This document shows, one piece after another, positions 1 to 10,141 of a DNA stretch of 64,000 nt. The notes below the pieces were generated by a model. It ran no database searches. It was given only the letters and a program-made list of their open reading frames with translations, and had not been told where the DNA came from. Origin of the DNA: Candidatus Binatia bacterium (lineage in GTDB: Bacteria > Desulfobacterota > Binatia > Bin18). The stretch covers positions 1-64,000 of the forward strand of contig CAXXHG010000021.1 of assembly GCA_963666315.2 (NCBI GenBank), read 5' to 3'. Position numbers and translations under genes: made by a program. The first letter of the stretch is position 1. The number at the start of each line of letters is the position of its first letter.

Positions 1-1
1 G

Positions 2-112
2 CCTATGGAGCAGGTGTATGCGGCTGTCTCTCGCTGGGGTAAGGAGAAGAAGGTCAAAAGAGGCAAAGATGGATACCAGAAGGCCTCTGCCGGGAGCGCT
101 GCCAAGAAATAA
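2..112 (+). CDS. C-terminal end of a small basic hypothetical protein (partial, runs off window)
   Basis: Frame +2 reads PMEQVYAAVSRWGKEKKVKRGKDGYQKASAGSAAKK then TAA TAA. Confidence 0.5.
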   Translation, partial: PMEQVYAAVSRWGKEKKVKRGKDGYQKASAGSAAKK

Positions 113-441
113 TAATATGCTTCAAAAAATTCCCCGATGGACTTGTTCTGCTCTTTCGACTCCCTCTTGCCAGTGTAGCCCATTCCGCTAAGCTTCTCTC
201 TTCTGCACGCTTGGCGTCGCTGTGTAGACCGTCCTGTGTGTTGTACCCCGTCGTAGTCTTTCTCTCACCCAGAAAGGCTGCAAGGGGAACCCGCGGCGCT
301 CTCTCTCGTGTTAGACACGGAAAGACCTTTCTGTGTTAGGCATGCAAAGACGTTGACAAGCCGAGTTACAAGCAGGATATAAGGGATCCGAAACGCCTGA
401 GCGAAGACGGGCATCTGATACTCTCGGGAGGGACTACCTAT

Positions 442-1182
442 ATGGAAGAAACGCATGGGGATGCCGAAGTTAAGAATTCCGAGGAGCCGCGTCACGGGTT
501 ATGGTTCGTACGGGTTGGACTGATTGCCGTTGGAGTGGCTCTGGTAATTTTCCTTGGACGCCAGGCTGGTGCGTATGTCCCACAGTTTGCGGCATGGGTA
601 GCGACGCTTGGGGTATGGGGGCCCATCGTCTTTATTGCAGGCTATGCGATAGCCACCGTTGCCTTCATTCCGGGATCTGTTCTTACGTTGGCCGCCGGGG
701 CGATTTTTGGTCTGCTGAAGGGGATCGTCATTGCCTTTACTGCCGCAGTGGCCGGATCCTCGCTCGCGTTTCTTGTCACGCGCCATGTGGCGCGTGACGC
801 CATAGAGCGTCGACTGGCCGATAATCCACGCTTTTCTGCCATTGACCGTGCAGTGAGTGCCCAAGGTCTGAAAATTGTCTTTTTACTACGCCTCTCGCCC
901 GTCTTCCCGTTTAATCTCTTGAACTATGGGTTGGGGCTCACCAAGGTACGCTTTGTGGATTACATGCTTGCGTCGTTTGGGATGCTGCCTGGAACGCTGC
1001 TATATGTCTACTATGGAAAGCTCGCCGGTGATGTTGCCGCCCTTGCTGGAGGAGTAGCATCAGAGAAAGGGGTGGCTGACTACGCGGTCTTAATTCTGGG
1101 TTTGGTCGCTACCATTATTGTGACGACTATTGTGACACGAATCGCCCGTCGTGCACTCAAGGAAGCAACAGGAGAAGAGTGA
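442..1182 (+). CDS. TVP38/TMEM64 (DedA/VTT domain) membrane protein
   Basis: Multiple TM helices; motifs IPGSVLTLAAGAIFG and LLRLSPVFPFNLLNYGLGLT. Confidence 0.9.
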   Translation: MEETHGDAEVKNSEEPRHGLWFVRVGLIAVGVALVIFLGRQAGAYVPQFAAWVATLGVWGPIVFIAGYAIATVAFIPGSVLTLAAGAIFGLLKGIVIAFTAAVAGSSLAFLVTRHVARDAIERRLADNPRFSAIDRAVSAQGLKIVFLLRLSPVFPFNLLNYGLGLTKVRFVDYMLASFGMLPGTLLYVYYGKLAGDVAALAGGVASEKGVADYAVLILGLVATIIVTTIVTRIARRALKEATGEE

Positions 1183-1371
1183 GGATTGCGGGTAGTCGCT
1201 GCGTATTGCTCGCTGTTGCACCCCGGATCTCCCGCCCGGAGCGCAGGAATAAAGGCGGCGTCTTGGTTCCTGGCGTGCTTCTCCGGATTTTCACGTTTTG
1301 ATATGAGAGAATAGAGGTCTAGGCGAGCAGTCTGGGCTATGGGTCTGTCGCATAGACACAAGAGGGTAGAG

Positions 1372-2283
1372 ATGGCAAAAGGTGTCGCCTTTATTGGCGG
1401 GCAGTATGTCAATGCTGATGAAGCCAAGATTTCGGTCTTCGACCTGGGCTTTAGTCGGAGTGACGTTGTGTATGATGTAGTCTCAACCTGGAAAGGCTAT
1501 TTCTTTCGACTCGACGACCATATTGACCGTTTTCTCAACTCCTGTTCCGGCATGCGTATCGCCTGTCCATATGCCAAAGCCGAAATCAAAGAGATCCTGG
1601 CTGAGTGTACGGACCGAGCCGGACTGGAAGACGCCTATGCAGAGGTGCTGACGACGCGCGGGCGTTTTACCGTTCCCGGCGGCCGCGACCTGCGGCAGAC
1701 CAGGCCAACCTTTATTGCCTATGCGGTTCCCTATATTTGGATTGCCTCCCCAAACAAACAGGCGGAAGGGCTCCATGTTTTTGTCGCTTCAACCGCGCGC
1801 ATTCCCGATGCCTGTGTTGACGCGCGTTATAAGAATTTTCATTGGGGCGATTTAACCCAGGGCCAACTCCAAGCTCTTGATGCCGGAGCCGATGTTGCGG
1901 TCTTGTGCGGTATGTCAGGTTTCCTAAGCGAAGGGCCGGGGTTCAATCTTTTTTGGGCCAAGGACCGAAAACTCTTTAGCCCAGGAACAAATGTGCTCGA
2001 AGGTATTACGCGCAAGACCGTCTTGGATCTTGCCCAAGAAATCGGGGTGGCAGTAGAAACCGGCGACTATGCCGTACAGGCGCTGTCCAGCGCCGATGAA
2101 GCGTTTATCTGCTCAACTGCAGGCGGTATTATGCCGGTGACACAAGTCGGTGAGACTGTGCTGGGAGATGGCAGGCCGGGCTCGTTGAGTGCGCAATTGC
2201 GTGCGTTATACTGGAACAAGCGTGAGGCGGGCTGGCTGGGGACGCGGGTTTCGGACCTGCTTGCGGTACGGAGGAGTGCGTAG
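1372..2283 (+). CDS. PLP fold-type IV aminotransferase, (R)-selective amine transaminase-like
   Basis: RSDVVYDVVSTW, YAEV, KNFHWGDL, EGPGFN, LEGITR, STAGG motifs. Confidence 0.88.
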   Translation: MAKGVAFIGGQYVNADEAKISVFDLGFSRSDVVYDVVSTWKGYFFRLDDHIDRFLNSCSGMRIACPYAKAEIKEILAECTDRAGLEDAYAEVLTTRGRFTVPGGRDLRQTRPTFIAYAVPYIWIASPNKQAEGLHVFVASTARIPDACVDARYKNFHWGDLTQGQLQALDAGADVAVLCGMSGFLSEGPGFNLFWAKDRKLFSPGTNVLEGITRKTVLDLAQEIGVAVETGDYAVQALSSADEAFICSTAGGIMPVTQVGETVLGDGRPGSLSAQLRALYWNKREAGWLGTRVSDLLAVRRSA

Positions 2284-2329
2284 GAAATCACATCGTGCCG
2301 GTTTTATTTTGGAGGGGGAAGTTGTGCGG

Positions 2330-2812
2330 ATGAGGCGGGTAATGAAAATTCAGTGTGTATTCATTGCGGGAACGGCCTTGGCCTTCTTCGTCGCTCAGGG
2401 GTTCGCTCAGTTGCCTTTTCCGCTTGAACCCTTGGATCCTGTTTTTTCAGATCGAGATGGATTGGCCATTCGGGGCGCTGACCCGGTAGCCTACTTCACG
2501 GAGAAGCAAATGCTCAAGGGCACCGCGTCCTTCAGCCATGAATGGCACGGTGCCAAGTGGCTGTTTTCGAGTGCTCAGAACCGAGATACGTTTGCCGCAC
2601 AGCCTGAAAAATTCGCACCGCAATACGGTGGTTACTGCGCGGCGGCCGTCGCCGCAGGAACAGTCGCCCCAACAAACCCTGCAGTCTGGATGCTGGTTGA
2701 GGGTAAACTCTACCTCAACTTTGATAAACCGACGCGAGAGCAATGGAAAAGAGATATTCCCGGCCATATTAAGAAGGCGGATGCGAACTGGCCCGGGGTG
2801 CTGTCGGAGTAA
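2330..2812 (+). CDS. Exported YHS-domain protein
   Basis: Signal peptide; GADPVAYF...PQYGGYCA...GKLYLN...ADANWP. Confidence 0.85.
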   Translation: MRRVMKIQCVFIAGTALAFFVAQGFAQLPFPLEPLDPVFSDRDGLAIRGADPVAYFTEKQMLKGTASFSHEWHGAKWLFSSAQNRDTFAAQPEKFAPQYGGYCAAAVAAGTVAPTNPAVWMLVEGKLYLNFDKPTREQWKRDIPGHIKKADANWPGVLSE

Positions 2813-2877
2813 GAGAATGGCAATCAGAGTGAGGAAGGGAGCGGGGATCCCATGCGTCTCTCTTATTAACCTTCAGA

Positions 2878-3273
2878 TTATTCGAACCCCGCCGTCACCA
2901 GCTCCGTATCCAAATATTCCGTGATCTGCTGGATCTTACTGTCTTGGAGCTGCATGACCATACAGTAGGTATTGTTATACGGGTTGCCCGTCTTCGTCTG
3001 CGCTTTGCCCTGGGCTTGCAGAACGACGTAGTCGCCTTCGGCGATCGTGTTCAGGGCGGTGTCGGTAATAAACCCGTCGAGCTGTTCCGCAAGCAGAGTA
3101 AAGAGCCGATCAGCGATGTCCGCCTTGCCCGTATAGGTGTGAGAGTATTTCGTTGTGCCGATTATGGTCCAGTGAATGTTATCCGCCTAATTCCCAAAAA
3201 ATTTGTCAGAAGCAGCAGCGCTTAACGCGACAAACGTGTCGTACCCCAATTGTTTATTCTCAGCAGCACCCAT
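2878..3273 (-). pseudogene. NTF2/SnoaL-like (ketosteroid isomerase-like) protein with internal TAG
   Basis: Manual translation MGAAENKQL...FFGN*ADNIHWTIIGTT...IAEGDYVVLQAQG...YNNTYC...ITEYLDT; AGGAGG RBS; in-frame stop at 3187-3189. Confidence 0.8.
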
Positions 3274-3425
3274 AACAATACCTCCTGTATTGTCACTATG
3301 ACCTGACGACCTGTGGTTTGTCAGCGTAAATGATCAAGTGACATAGTGCACGTTTAGGACGAGATTACCACTACAACTTCAGTCTGTTCTCTCATCATTT
3401 CGTGCAGATCTACTCGTCTGGGGAA

Positions 3426-3451
3426 GGGGGCGATCCGAACGATCGCCCCAC
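3426..3451. repeat. Short REP-like/terminator hairpin GGGGGCGATC-N5-GATCGCCCCC
   Basis: 10-bp perfect inverted repeat downstream of the P450. Confidence 0.55.
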
Positions 3452-3477
3452 ACGCGGGAGGTACTGACAGCGATGGC

Positions 3478-4737
3478 TTAGCAGGTGACGGGCAGGGCTT
3501 TCAGTCCACGCAGGGTCAGCATGTCACGCCACTCTAGCTTCGGTGTTGCCAGGCGCATATTCGGCATGCGACGCAGCAGAGTGTTAATTGCTAGCTGGGC
3601 TTCGACGCGTGCGAGCGGCGCACCTAAGCAATGGTGGATGCCGTGGCTAAAGGTAAGCTGGGTATTATGTTGACGCGTAATATCGAGCCGGTCCGGATCT
3701 GGGAAATGCGCCGGATCGTGGTTGGCTGCACCTAGGAGGAGCAGGGATTGCTGGTTTTTGCGTATGGTTTTGCCGCCGAGTTCAATGTCTTCCAGCGCAA
3801 CCCGAGCAGTGACTTGGACTGATCCGTCGTAACGCAAAAATTCTTCTACCGCAGTTTCGATCAGTGCCGGATCGGCCTGCAGTTTGGCTAGTTGGTCTGG
3901 ATTGCGCAGGAGAGCCAGCATACCGTTCCCGATCAGGTTCATTGTGGTTTCATGGCCTGCGGCAAATAAGAGAATTGCCGTTGCCAGAAGCTCGTCTTCG
4001 TCCAGTTTGTCGCCTTTTTCCTCGGCAGCGATCAAGCCACTCAAAAGATCCTGTTGGGGATGAGCCCGCCGTTCGGCGACCAGGCGAGTAAAATAATCGA
4101 TAAACGCTTCAGTCGCTCTGTCGGCTGCTGCGGAGATATCCGGTGTGATAACCGGATCAAGCGAACGGGCCAGCGCTCCGGTCCATTCTTTGAACTGGTC
4201 GCGATCCTTGGTGGGAACGCCAATCAGTTCGGCGATAACGATCACCGGCAGGGGGAAGGCCAGGTCGGCAATAATATCGAAATTGCTCTTTGCTTGTATC
4301 GGGTCCAGCAGATCATCCACGATCGTTTGAATATGTGGCCGCATGTTTTCGACCACGCGGGGTGTAAAGGCTTTTGTCACCAGCTTGCGCAGTCGGGTGT
4401 GGTCGGGCGGATTCTTTAAGAGCATCCAGCGGGCTTGCATATCCCCGGCAGGGCCAGTCCCACCGAGCGATTCCACATAGTCATCAAACCGCTCCCAATC
4501 GCGTGGATTTGCACTGGCCTTGGAATGACGTAGCATGGTCACGATATCATCGTAGCGGGTGATTACCCAGAAGCCGAAGAATTCACCCCAATGTACGGGG
4601 TCGGCGTCCCGAAACCGGTGGTAGGTGGGGTAGGGGTTCTGACGGAATTCCGGCAGCAGAGGGTTGAATTCAAGTGGGGAATCGGGCTGCATGGGCGTTT
4701 GTGGGTCAGACGTGTTTGGGGGCGCTTCTGTCAGCAT
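3478..4737 (-). CDS. Cytochrome P450 (CYP107/BioI-like clan)
   Basis: AGHETT I-helix, EEFLR (ExxR), FSHGIHHCLG heme ligand. Confidence 0.95.
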   Translation of the reverse strand: MLTEAPPNTSDPQTPMQPDSPLEFNPLLPEFRQNPYPTYHRFRDADPVHWGEFFGFWVITRYDDIVTMLRHSKASANPRDWERFDDYVESLGGTGPAGDMQARWMLLKNPPDHTRLRKLVTKAFTPRVVENMRPHIQTIVDDLLDPIQAKSNFDIIADLAFPLPVIVIAELIGVPTKDRDQFKEWTGALARSLDPVITPDISAAADRATEAFIDYFTRLVAERRAHPQQDLLSGLIAAEEKGDKLDEDELLATAILLFAAGHETTMNLIGNGMLALLRNPDQLAKLQADPALIETAVEEFLRYDGSVQVTARVALEDIELGGKTIRKNQQSLLLLGAANHDPAHFPDPDRLDITRQHNTQLTFSHGIHHCLGAPLARVEAQLAINTLLRRMPNMRLATPKLEWRDMLTLRGLKALPVTC

Positions 4738-4852
4738 GATAGCGGCCTCCTTGCGCTGAGGACTCGGGTTCCTGTGCCTCTTTGATTTTCCTACAAGAAA
4801 TTCTGAAGTCCATATGTTACCTTCTCATATAAGCTCGATATTCTAAGAAATA

Positions 4853-4867
4853 CATACAGACTGTATG
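4853..4867. promoter_or_regulatory. Probable TetR operator CATACAG-A-CTGTATG overlapping the tetR start codon
   Basis: Perfect palindrome in the divergent P450/TetR intergenic region. Confidence 0.65.
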
Positions 4868-5470
4868 AATGTCAAGGTGAAAAAAGCAGAACAGTCAAGA
4901 CTAACCCGCGCGGCTCTGCTCAAGGCTGCACGCACACTGTTTACTGAGCGTGGTTATGCTGACACGCCGACTGAGGAGATTGTGAAGCGGGCCGGGGTGA
5001 CGCGTGGCGCGCTCTATTACCAATTCCGCGATAAGTCTGACCTTTTCCTGGCCATCCTTGAGGAACTGAATCAGGAATTAATCCAAAGCATCGCTCAGGC
5101 CATGCAGTCCGGTAGCGGTGATCTCTGGGATCAGCGAGTCCGGACCGGCTGTGCCGCTTTTCTCGACGGCTGTCTTGATCCCTCTGTACAGCGCATCTTG
5201 CTGATTGATGGGCCGTCTGTCCTCGGCTGGGAGGTACTCCGCCGTTTGGAGGAGGAGTACGGCTTAGGCATTATTCGACGGACCTTACAAGAAGTGCTGG
5301 ATGCTGGGCTGATTGAACCCCAGCCTGTTGAGCCGCTGGCCCAGTTGCTGCTTGGAGCGTTGGATGGAGCCGCCATATATATTGCCCAATCCGAGGATGT
5401 GCAGACCGCGCGTCGGGAGATAGGCGCGAGCTTAGATCGTTTACTTGACGGGCTGCGAGTCGGGAGGTGA
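4865..5470 (+). CDS. TetR/AcrR family transcriptional regulator
   Basis: N-terminal HTH LFTERGY...IVKRAGVTRGALYYQF. Confidence 0.93.
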   Translation: MNVKVKKAEQSRLTRAALLKAARTLFTERGYADTPTEEIVKRAGVTRGALYYQFRDKSDLFLAILEELNQELIQSIAQAMQSGSGDLWDQRVRTGCAAFLDGCLDPSVQRILLIDGPSVLGWEVLRRLEEEYGLGIIRRTLQEVLDAGLIEPQPVEPLAQLLLGALDGAAIYIAQSEDVQTARREIGASLDRLLDGLRVGR

Positions 5471-5480
5471 AGACGCACGA

Positions 5481-6257
5481 TTACAAATGGCTGAGTGCCC
5501 CACCTTCAATCCACACCGTCTGTCCGGTGATAAATCCAGATTTGTCTGAAGCGAGGTAGACGGCGGCTTCGCCTATCTCGTGCGGCTGGGCCAAACGTTT
5601 ATGCGGCAGATAGCGCACGAGCTGCTCTTGCATGTGAGCGTCTTTGAGCAATCCCATGCCTTCTGTCCAGCCCGCCCCGATTGCGTTTACGGTGATTCCA
5701 CTCCGCGCCCACTCCAAGGCCAAGGCCCGAGTCAGATTGAGTACACCGGCCTGCGCGGCACAATACACGCTGCCGTTAATCATGCCGCGTTCCCCCAGCA
5801 GCGAGACGATATTAATGATCCGACCAGAGTCGCCATGAGACAGCAGGGGTTCGGCTGCCGCCCGACAGGCCAGATAGACACCGGTCAAATTGACTTCCAA
5901 CACTCGTTGCCATTCCCTGGGTGTGATGTCGGCGAAGGGTTTCGCAAACGGTAGATCGTGCGCGTTGACGAGAATGTTGAGCGTACCAAGTTCTGAGACG
6001 GTCCGTGTGATGAGCGTTTGCACATCAGCTTCGCGGGCTGCATCTATTGTTTGGGCAAGGCTCTTCTTGCCCAGGGCGCGGATTTTTTCCTGGCAGTCTT
6101 TTAGTGCGAGTTCTTCTCGCTGAGTGGCGAGGGTGGTGCTGACGGCGACATCTGCACCGGCTTCCGCCAAGGCCAGTGCCGCAGCCCTTCCGATGGCAGA
6201 ACTTGCGCCGAGAACCAGCGCGGTTTTGTTTTGAAGAGAGAAGCCGGCCAGACTCAT
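5481..6257 (-). CDS. SDR family oxidoreductase
   Basis: GASSAIG Rossmann motif, YCAAQ (degenerate YxxxK), ITGQTV. Confidence 0.88.
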   Translation of the reverse strand: MSLAGFSLQNKTALVLGASSAIGRAAALALAEAGADVAVSTTLATQREELALKDCQEKIRALGKKSLAQTIDAAREADVQTLITRTVSELGTLNILVNAHDLPFAKPFADITPREWQRVLEVNLTGVYLACRAAAEPLLSHGDSGRIINIVSLLGERGMINGSVYCAAQAGVLNLTRALALEWARSGITVNAIGAGWTEGMGLLKDAHMQEQLVRYLPHKRLAQPHEIGEAAVYLASDKSGFITGQTVWIEGGALSHL

Positions 6258-7069
6258 ACCCCGTCCTCTTCAAGCGGGACAATAGGGGCAAAGCCACACG
6301 GCGCTTGTCCCCCTGCCAAGCCGCCGCCTTCAAGCGCAATCATGTCGCCATTCATATAATTGGATAACGCAGAAGCTAAGAAGACACAGGCCGGCCCAAT
6401 CTCATCGTCTTTGCCGACGCGTCCCACCGGGATGAATTTCCCGCCGCGCCAGAATTTGATCAGCTCCGGATCATCATGCGGAAAGATGCCGGGCATGATC
6501 AAATTGGCCTGTACGTTGTGCTCTGTGTAATTGATGGCCAGCGCGCGGGTGAAATTAATCAAACCCGCCTTGGCCGCCGTATACATATAATTATTCTTAG
6601 CCGCCCGGACGCCAAAACCAGAAGTGATATTAATAATCTTTCCGCCGCCCTGCTCCACCATATGAGGCAGAACCGCCCGGCAGCAATACACCGCACCGGA
6701 CAGGTTGGTATCTACGCCCAGCTGCCAATGCGCGTCGGGAATCGTATCCAAAGGACGAAACATTCCTTTGGTCGCGCCACCGGCATTATTGACCAAAATG
6801 TCGACCTGGTCGAATTCCGTACGCGCTGCCTCGATCATGGCGTTGACGGAAGTTGAGTCCGTAATATCAACGGTTACGGCCAGACTCCGACGACCTTGAG
6901 CTCTGATCAAGTCAGCTGTTTCATCGATCTGGGCTTGCGTCCGTGACGCCACAACGACATCGGCTCCAGCTTCCGCGAGTTCGAGTGCCATAGCCCGGCC
7001 TAGCCCTCGGCCCGCACCTGTCACCAATGCGATTTTTCCATCCAGCCGTAATTTATCGAGTACGCTCAC
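6254..7069 (-). CDS. SDR family oxidoreductase
   Basis: TGAGRGLG, NNAG, YTAAK; GTG start with GGAGG RBS; 4-nt overlap with downstream SDR. Confidence 0.9.
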   Translation of the reverse strand: MSVLDKLRLDGKIALVTGAGRGLGRAMALELAEAGADVVVASRTQAQIDETADLIRAQGRRSLAVTVDITDSTSVNAMIEAARTEFDQVDILVNNAGGATKGMFRPLDTIPDAHWQLGVDTNLSGAVYCCRAVLPHMVEQGGGKIINITSGFGVRAAKNNYMYTAAKAGLINFTRALAINYTEHNVQANLIMPGIFPHDDPELIKFWRGGKFIPVGRVGKDDEIGPACVFLASALSNYMNGDMIALEGGGLAGGQAPCGFAPIVPLEEDGV

Positions 7070-7166
7070 GAAACATCCTCCTCCGTGTTTACGTACCCCA
7101 GGAAATGGACGAATTCCTATGCTATTGCAAGGGCTGGGGGAGAGAGAATGGAATCGCGCACGGATA

Positions 7167-7285
7167 ACCCATCCCGCCGCTAGGCGGCACCCCTCCAAGG
7201 AAGCTCCAAGGAGGGGATTTTCTTTTTCGCTCCCCTCTCGGGAGGAGTGGCTGTCCGACCGAAGGTCGGCGGACGGGGTGGGTTT
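7167..7285. repeat. Paired palindromic REP-like element (CCCCTC..GAGGGG family), copy 1
   Basis: Units CCCGCCGCTAGGCGGCACCCCTCC and GTCCGACCGAAGGTCGGC..GGGGTGGG also occur at 50448-50557. Confidence 0.65.
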
Positions 7286-7380
7286 CTTGTGCGCAAACAC
7301 CGCCCGACCGTAAACGGTCAGGCTCAATATACAAAGCCCTAAAGGGCTGGAGGGTGCCTCAGCGCCCTTTGTAACGTAGG

Positions 7381-8166
7381 GTGATGGATCACCGTCACGC
7401 GGAGGCAGGTATGGCTGACACGCCCAGCATAGAACCCTGGCACGACTTCATCGACGGCGTTGTCTGTGCCGACAATGAAGTCCCCTGGCGAGACGACTCG
7501 GCCTACGCTGCCATTTGGGAACATCCCGGCCTGCGTGACAGCATCGGCGGTCATGTTGCACCTGCTTTGCAGCAAGCCATTGGACTGGTCCAAGTCCTGG
7601 CTCAAGTGGACCTTGTAGCCGTTATCCGGAAAGCGCGAGCTCGGGACACGACGGATGCGGGAAATTGTCATCCTGAGTCGGAGAGAATCGAAGGCGAAGA
7701 ATCTAGCGTTCAGGGTCTGAGCCTCGGCTTTGGCACCAACACCCAAGAGCCCTACGACCTGCTCAAAACCTTCGAGCTAGATTGTGTCCACGCCTACGAA
7801 TGGATAGGCGAGCACGTTATTGAAGCAGCAAAAGCCTTCGAGACTCTGCGCACAAGCGGACGGCGGCTGTCTACACAAATCCGTCTCCATCACGGGACCG
7901 TTCGTGACCTCAGCGCACTTGGTGACGACTCTATCCATATCATCTACACGGCCAATATGTTTACCCGTGAAATTCCCATGACCGAGCAGACGTTTGAGCA
8001 GTCGATGCAAGAGATGCTACGAGTGCTCGCTCCGAGCGGATTCGTTATCAGCCGCGGCTCGGCGGGCATTCTGGAGCAATATCTTGCCCAGCATCTCAAA
8101 GTCCTGCTACACAATCCTTTGGTGTCGGTGTTGCAGAAAGAAACCCCAGAGGCCATCAGTTTGTGA
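7381..8166 (+). CDS. Hypothetical protein, class I SAM methyltransferase-like fold
   Basis: LSLGFGT, DDSIHIIYT and EMLRVLAPSGFV resemble MTase motifs. Confidence 0.55.
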   Translation: MMDHRHAEAGMADTPSIEPWHDFIDGVVCADNEVPWRDDSAYAAIWEHPGLRDSIGGHVAPALQQAIGLVQVLAQVDLVAVIRKARARDTTDAGNCHPESERIEGEESSVQGLSLGFGTNTQEPYDLLKTFELDCVHAYEWIGEHVIEAAKAFETLRTSGRRLSTQIRLHHGTVRDLSALGDDSIHIIYTANMFTREIPMTEQTFEQSMQEMLRVLAPSGFVISRGSAGILEQYLAQHLKVLLHNPLVSVLQKETPEAISL

Positions 8167-8281
8167 GCCAACAATGACCTCCCTTGACCACGTCTATATC
8201 TTTTCCCCGTGCCTTCCCTTCCGGTTGATATAACAAAGACTGTCTGTCACCTTAAACAAGGGACTATAGTTCCTTGTTCTT

Positions 8282-10090
8282 ATGGAAACTCCGACACCTA
8301 GCTTTGCCAAAACAACCCGACCCCGGCTATCGCGGATCCTGCCGCGCAAGCGTCTGTTTCGACGCCTTGAGCAGCATGCGTCACGGCCTATTGTGTGGAT
8401 TAGCGGACCGCCGGGATCCGGTAAGACCACGGCGGTGGCGAGTTATCTGGAAGAGCGCGAGCTGCAAACCGTGTGGTATCAGGTCGACGCAGGTGATGCG
8501 GACGTTGCAACATTTTTTCACTATATGGGCCGGGCTCCACCGCGCAAACGCAAGCCGCTGCCCGTCTTAAAGCCCGAACGCTCGCTCCAGCTTGGACTAT
8601 TCACCAAACAATATTTTCGTGAACTCTATAGCCGGCTCAAACCGCCCTTTGTGATCGTGCTTGATAACTATCAAGACGCCTCGGATTACTCGCGCTTTCA
8701 TGAGGTCGTATGTGATGGCCTGAGTGGAATGCCTGAAGGCGGACGGGCGATGATAGTGAGTCGCGGCGAACCTCCTGCGCAGTTTGCCCGACTGCGGGCG
8801 AGTCAATATATCGATGTTGTCGAACGGGACGTGCTTGCGCTCACGGAGACAGAGGTCAGAGGACTGATTCGGCTCAATGGACGTAAGAACCTGCCGCGTG
8901 AAACAGCCCAGCAGCTGTATGATCATACCTCGGGCTGGGCGGCAGGCGTAGTGTTGTTAATGGAAGGGCTGCACGGCAATAGTGCCGTAAATCAAGCGCT
9001 CGACCAATCTTCCGAAATTGTAGCGCCTGAAACTGTTTTTGATTATTTTGCCGGTGAGATTTTTGAGCGCGAGGATCAGACTGTCCAAAATTTTCTGCTC
9101 AAGACGGCATTTCTGCCAACGATAGTGCCGCGCATGGCGACGGACCTGACGGACATAGCGCATGCAGACCGCATTCTCGCGAGCCTGAGTCGCCGTCATT
9201 ATTTTACGGACAGGCGTGTGCAGCCAAAACGAGCCGGACAAGCCGGGCAATCGGGACAAGTTGAACAAGCTCGGCTTGCCTATCAATATCACCCGCTGTT
9301 TCGTTCTTTTCTCTTGGCTCGGGCAAAAGAGTCATTGCCTGAGACACAGCTGCAACACGTCCAGCGCAGGGCGGCCGACCTGCTCACGGAGGCGGGATCT
9401 CTTGAAGATACTGTTCCGCTGCTGTGTACGCTTGAAGATTGGGATCAATTTGCCGACGTCATTCGGGCTCAGGGTGCTACGCTCGTGGCCCAAGGCCGTA
9501 CTCTGACCTTACAAGACTGGCTGAGCCGTCTGCCTTCAGACATGACTGAACAAGACGGCTGGCTTCAGTTTTGGCAGGGCATGTGTGTGCTGCCGTTCGG
9601 CGCCGTCCAGATTCGTGTTCATTTTGAGCAGGCGCTAGGCCTGTTTAAAAGCCGCCACGATGCGAACGGGGTTTTTCAAGCTTGGTGCAGCCTTGTCGCG
9701 ACCTTTTTGTACGGCTGGGGGAACTTTGCCCCGCTCGAAGAATGGATTGCTGAAGCCGTGCTTGATCATAACCGCTTGACTGATGTCCCTCAGTATAACT
9801 TTGTTTCTTCGTGGGCGGCGCTTCTGCAGGGCGATCTGCCCCTTGCCGCCCAGCATGCGGAAACAGCCGTCAATATAGAAACCGGCATGCCTATTCCTCG
9901 GGCGGAGAACTATTTTGCGCTGGCGCATGTCCGACACGAGCAGCAGGACGAAGAGCAGGCAAACACCTGTCTGGCCAGAACGCGCGAGATCGGTCGGCAA
10001 ACCAACGGCGCCCGGCTGATGTATATGAGTGGCTTGACAGAAGCCTATTTCGCTTTCGAAAGAGAGCAGGAGACCCTGGGACTACCGCTG
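8282..10090 (+). pseudogene. N-terminal part of MalT-like STAND ATPase/SARP (BTAD) regulator
   Basis: GPPGSGKTT P-loop, VLDNYQ Walker B, GWAAG, VFDYFAGEIF, YQYHPLFR; sequence breaks after ETLGLPL. Confidence 0.85.
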
Positions 10091-10141
10091 GTTGGTCAGG
10101 ATGCAGCAATTTACCGGTTGGTCAGGACGCAGCAATTTACC
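10090..10141. repeat. 25-bp tandem duplication at left inversion junction
   Basis: GGTTGGTCAGGA(T/C)GCAGCAATTTACC x2. Confidence 0.8.

Noticed and set aside
350-441. Riboswitch in the TVP38 leader
   Set aside because: Only a short hairpin; no recognisable aptamer consensus
2330-2812. Selenocysteine in the YHS protein; recoding of in-frame stops elsewhere
   Set aside because: The GGYC position is a Cys codon; other internal stops replace ordinary residues (e.g. Trp in the IS6 transposase) and TAG/TGA end many normal genes
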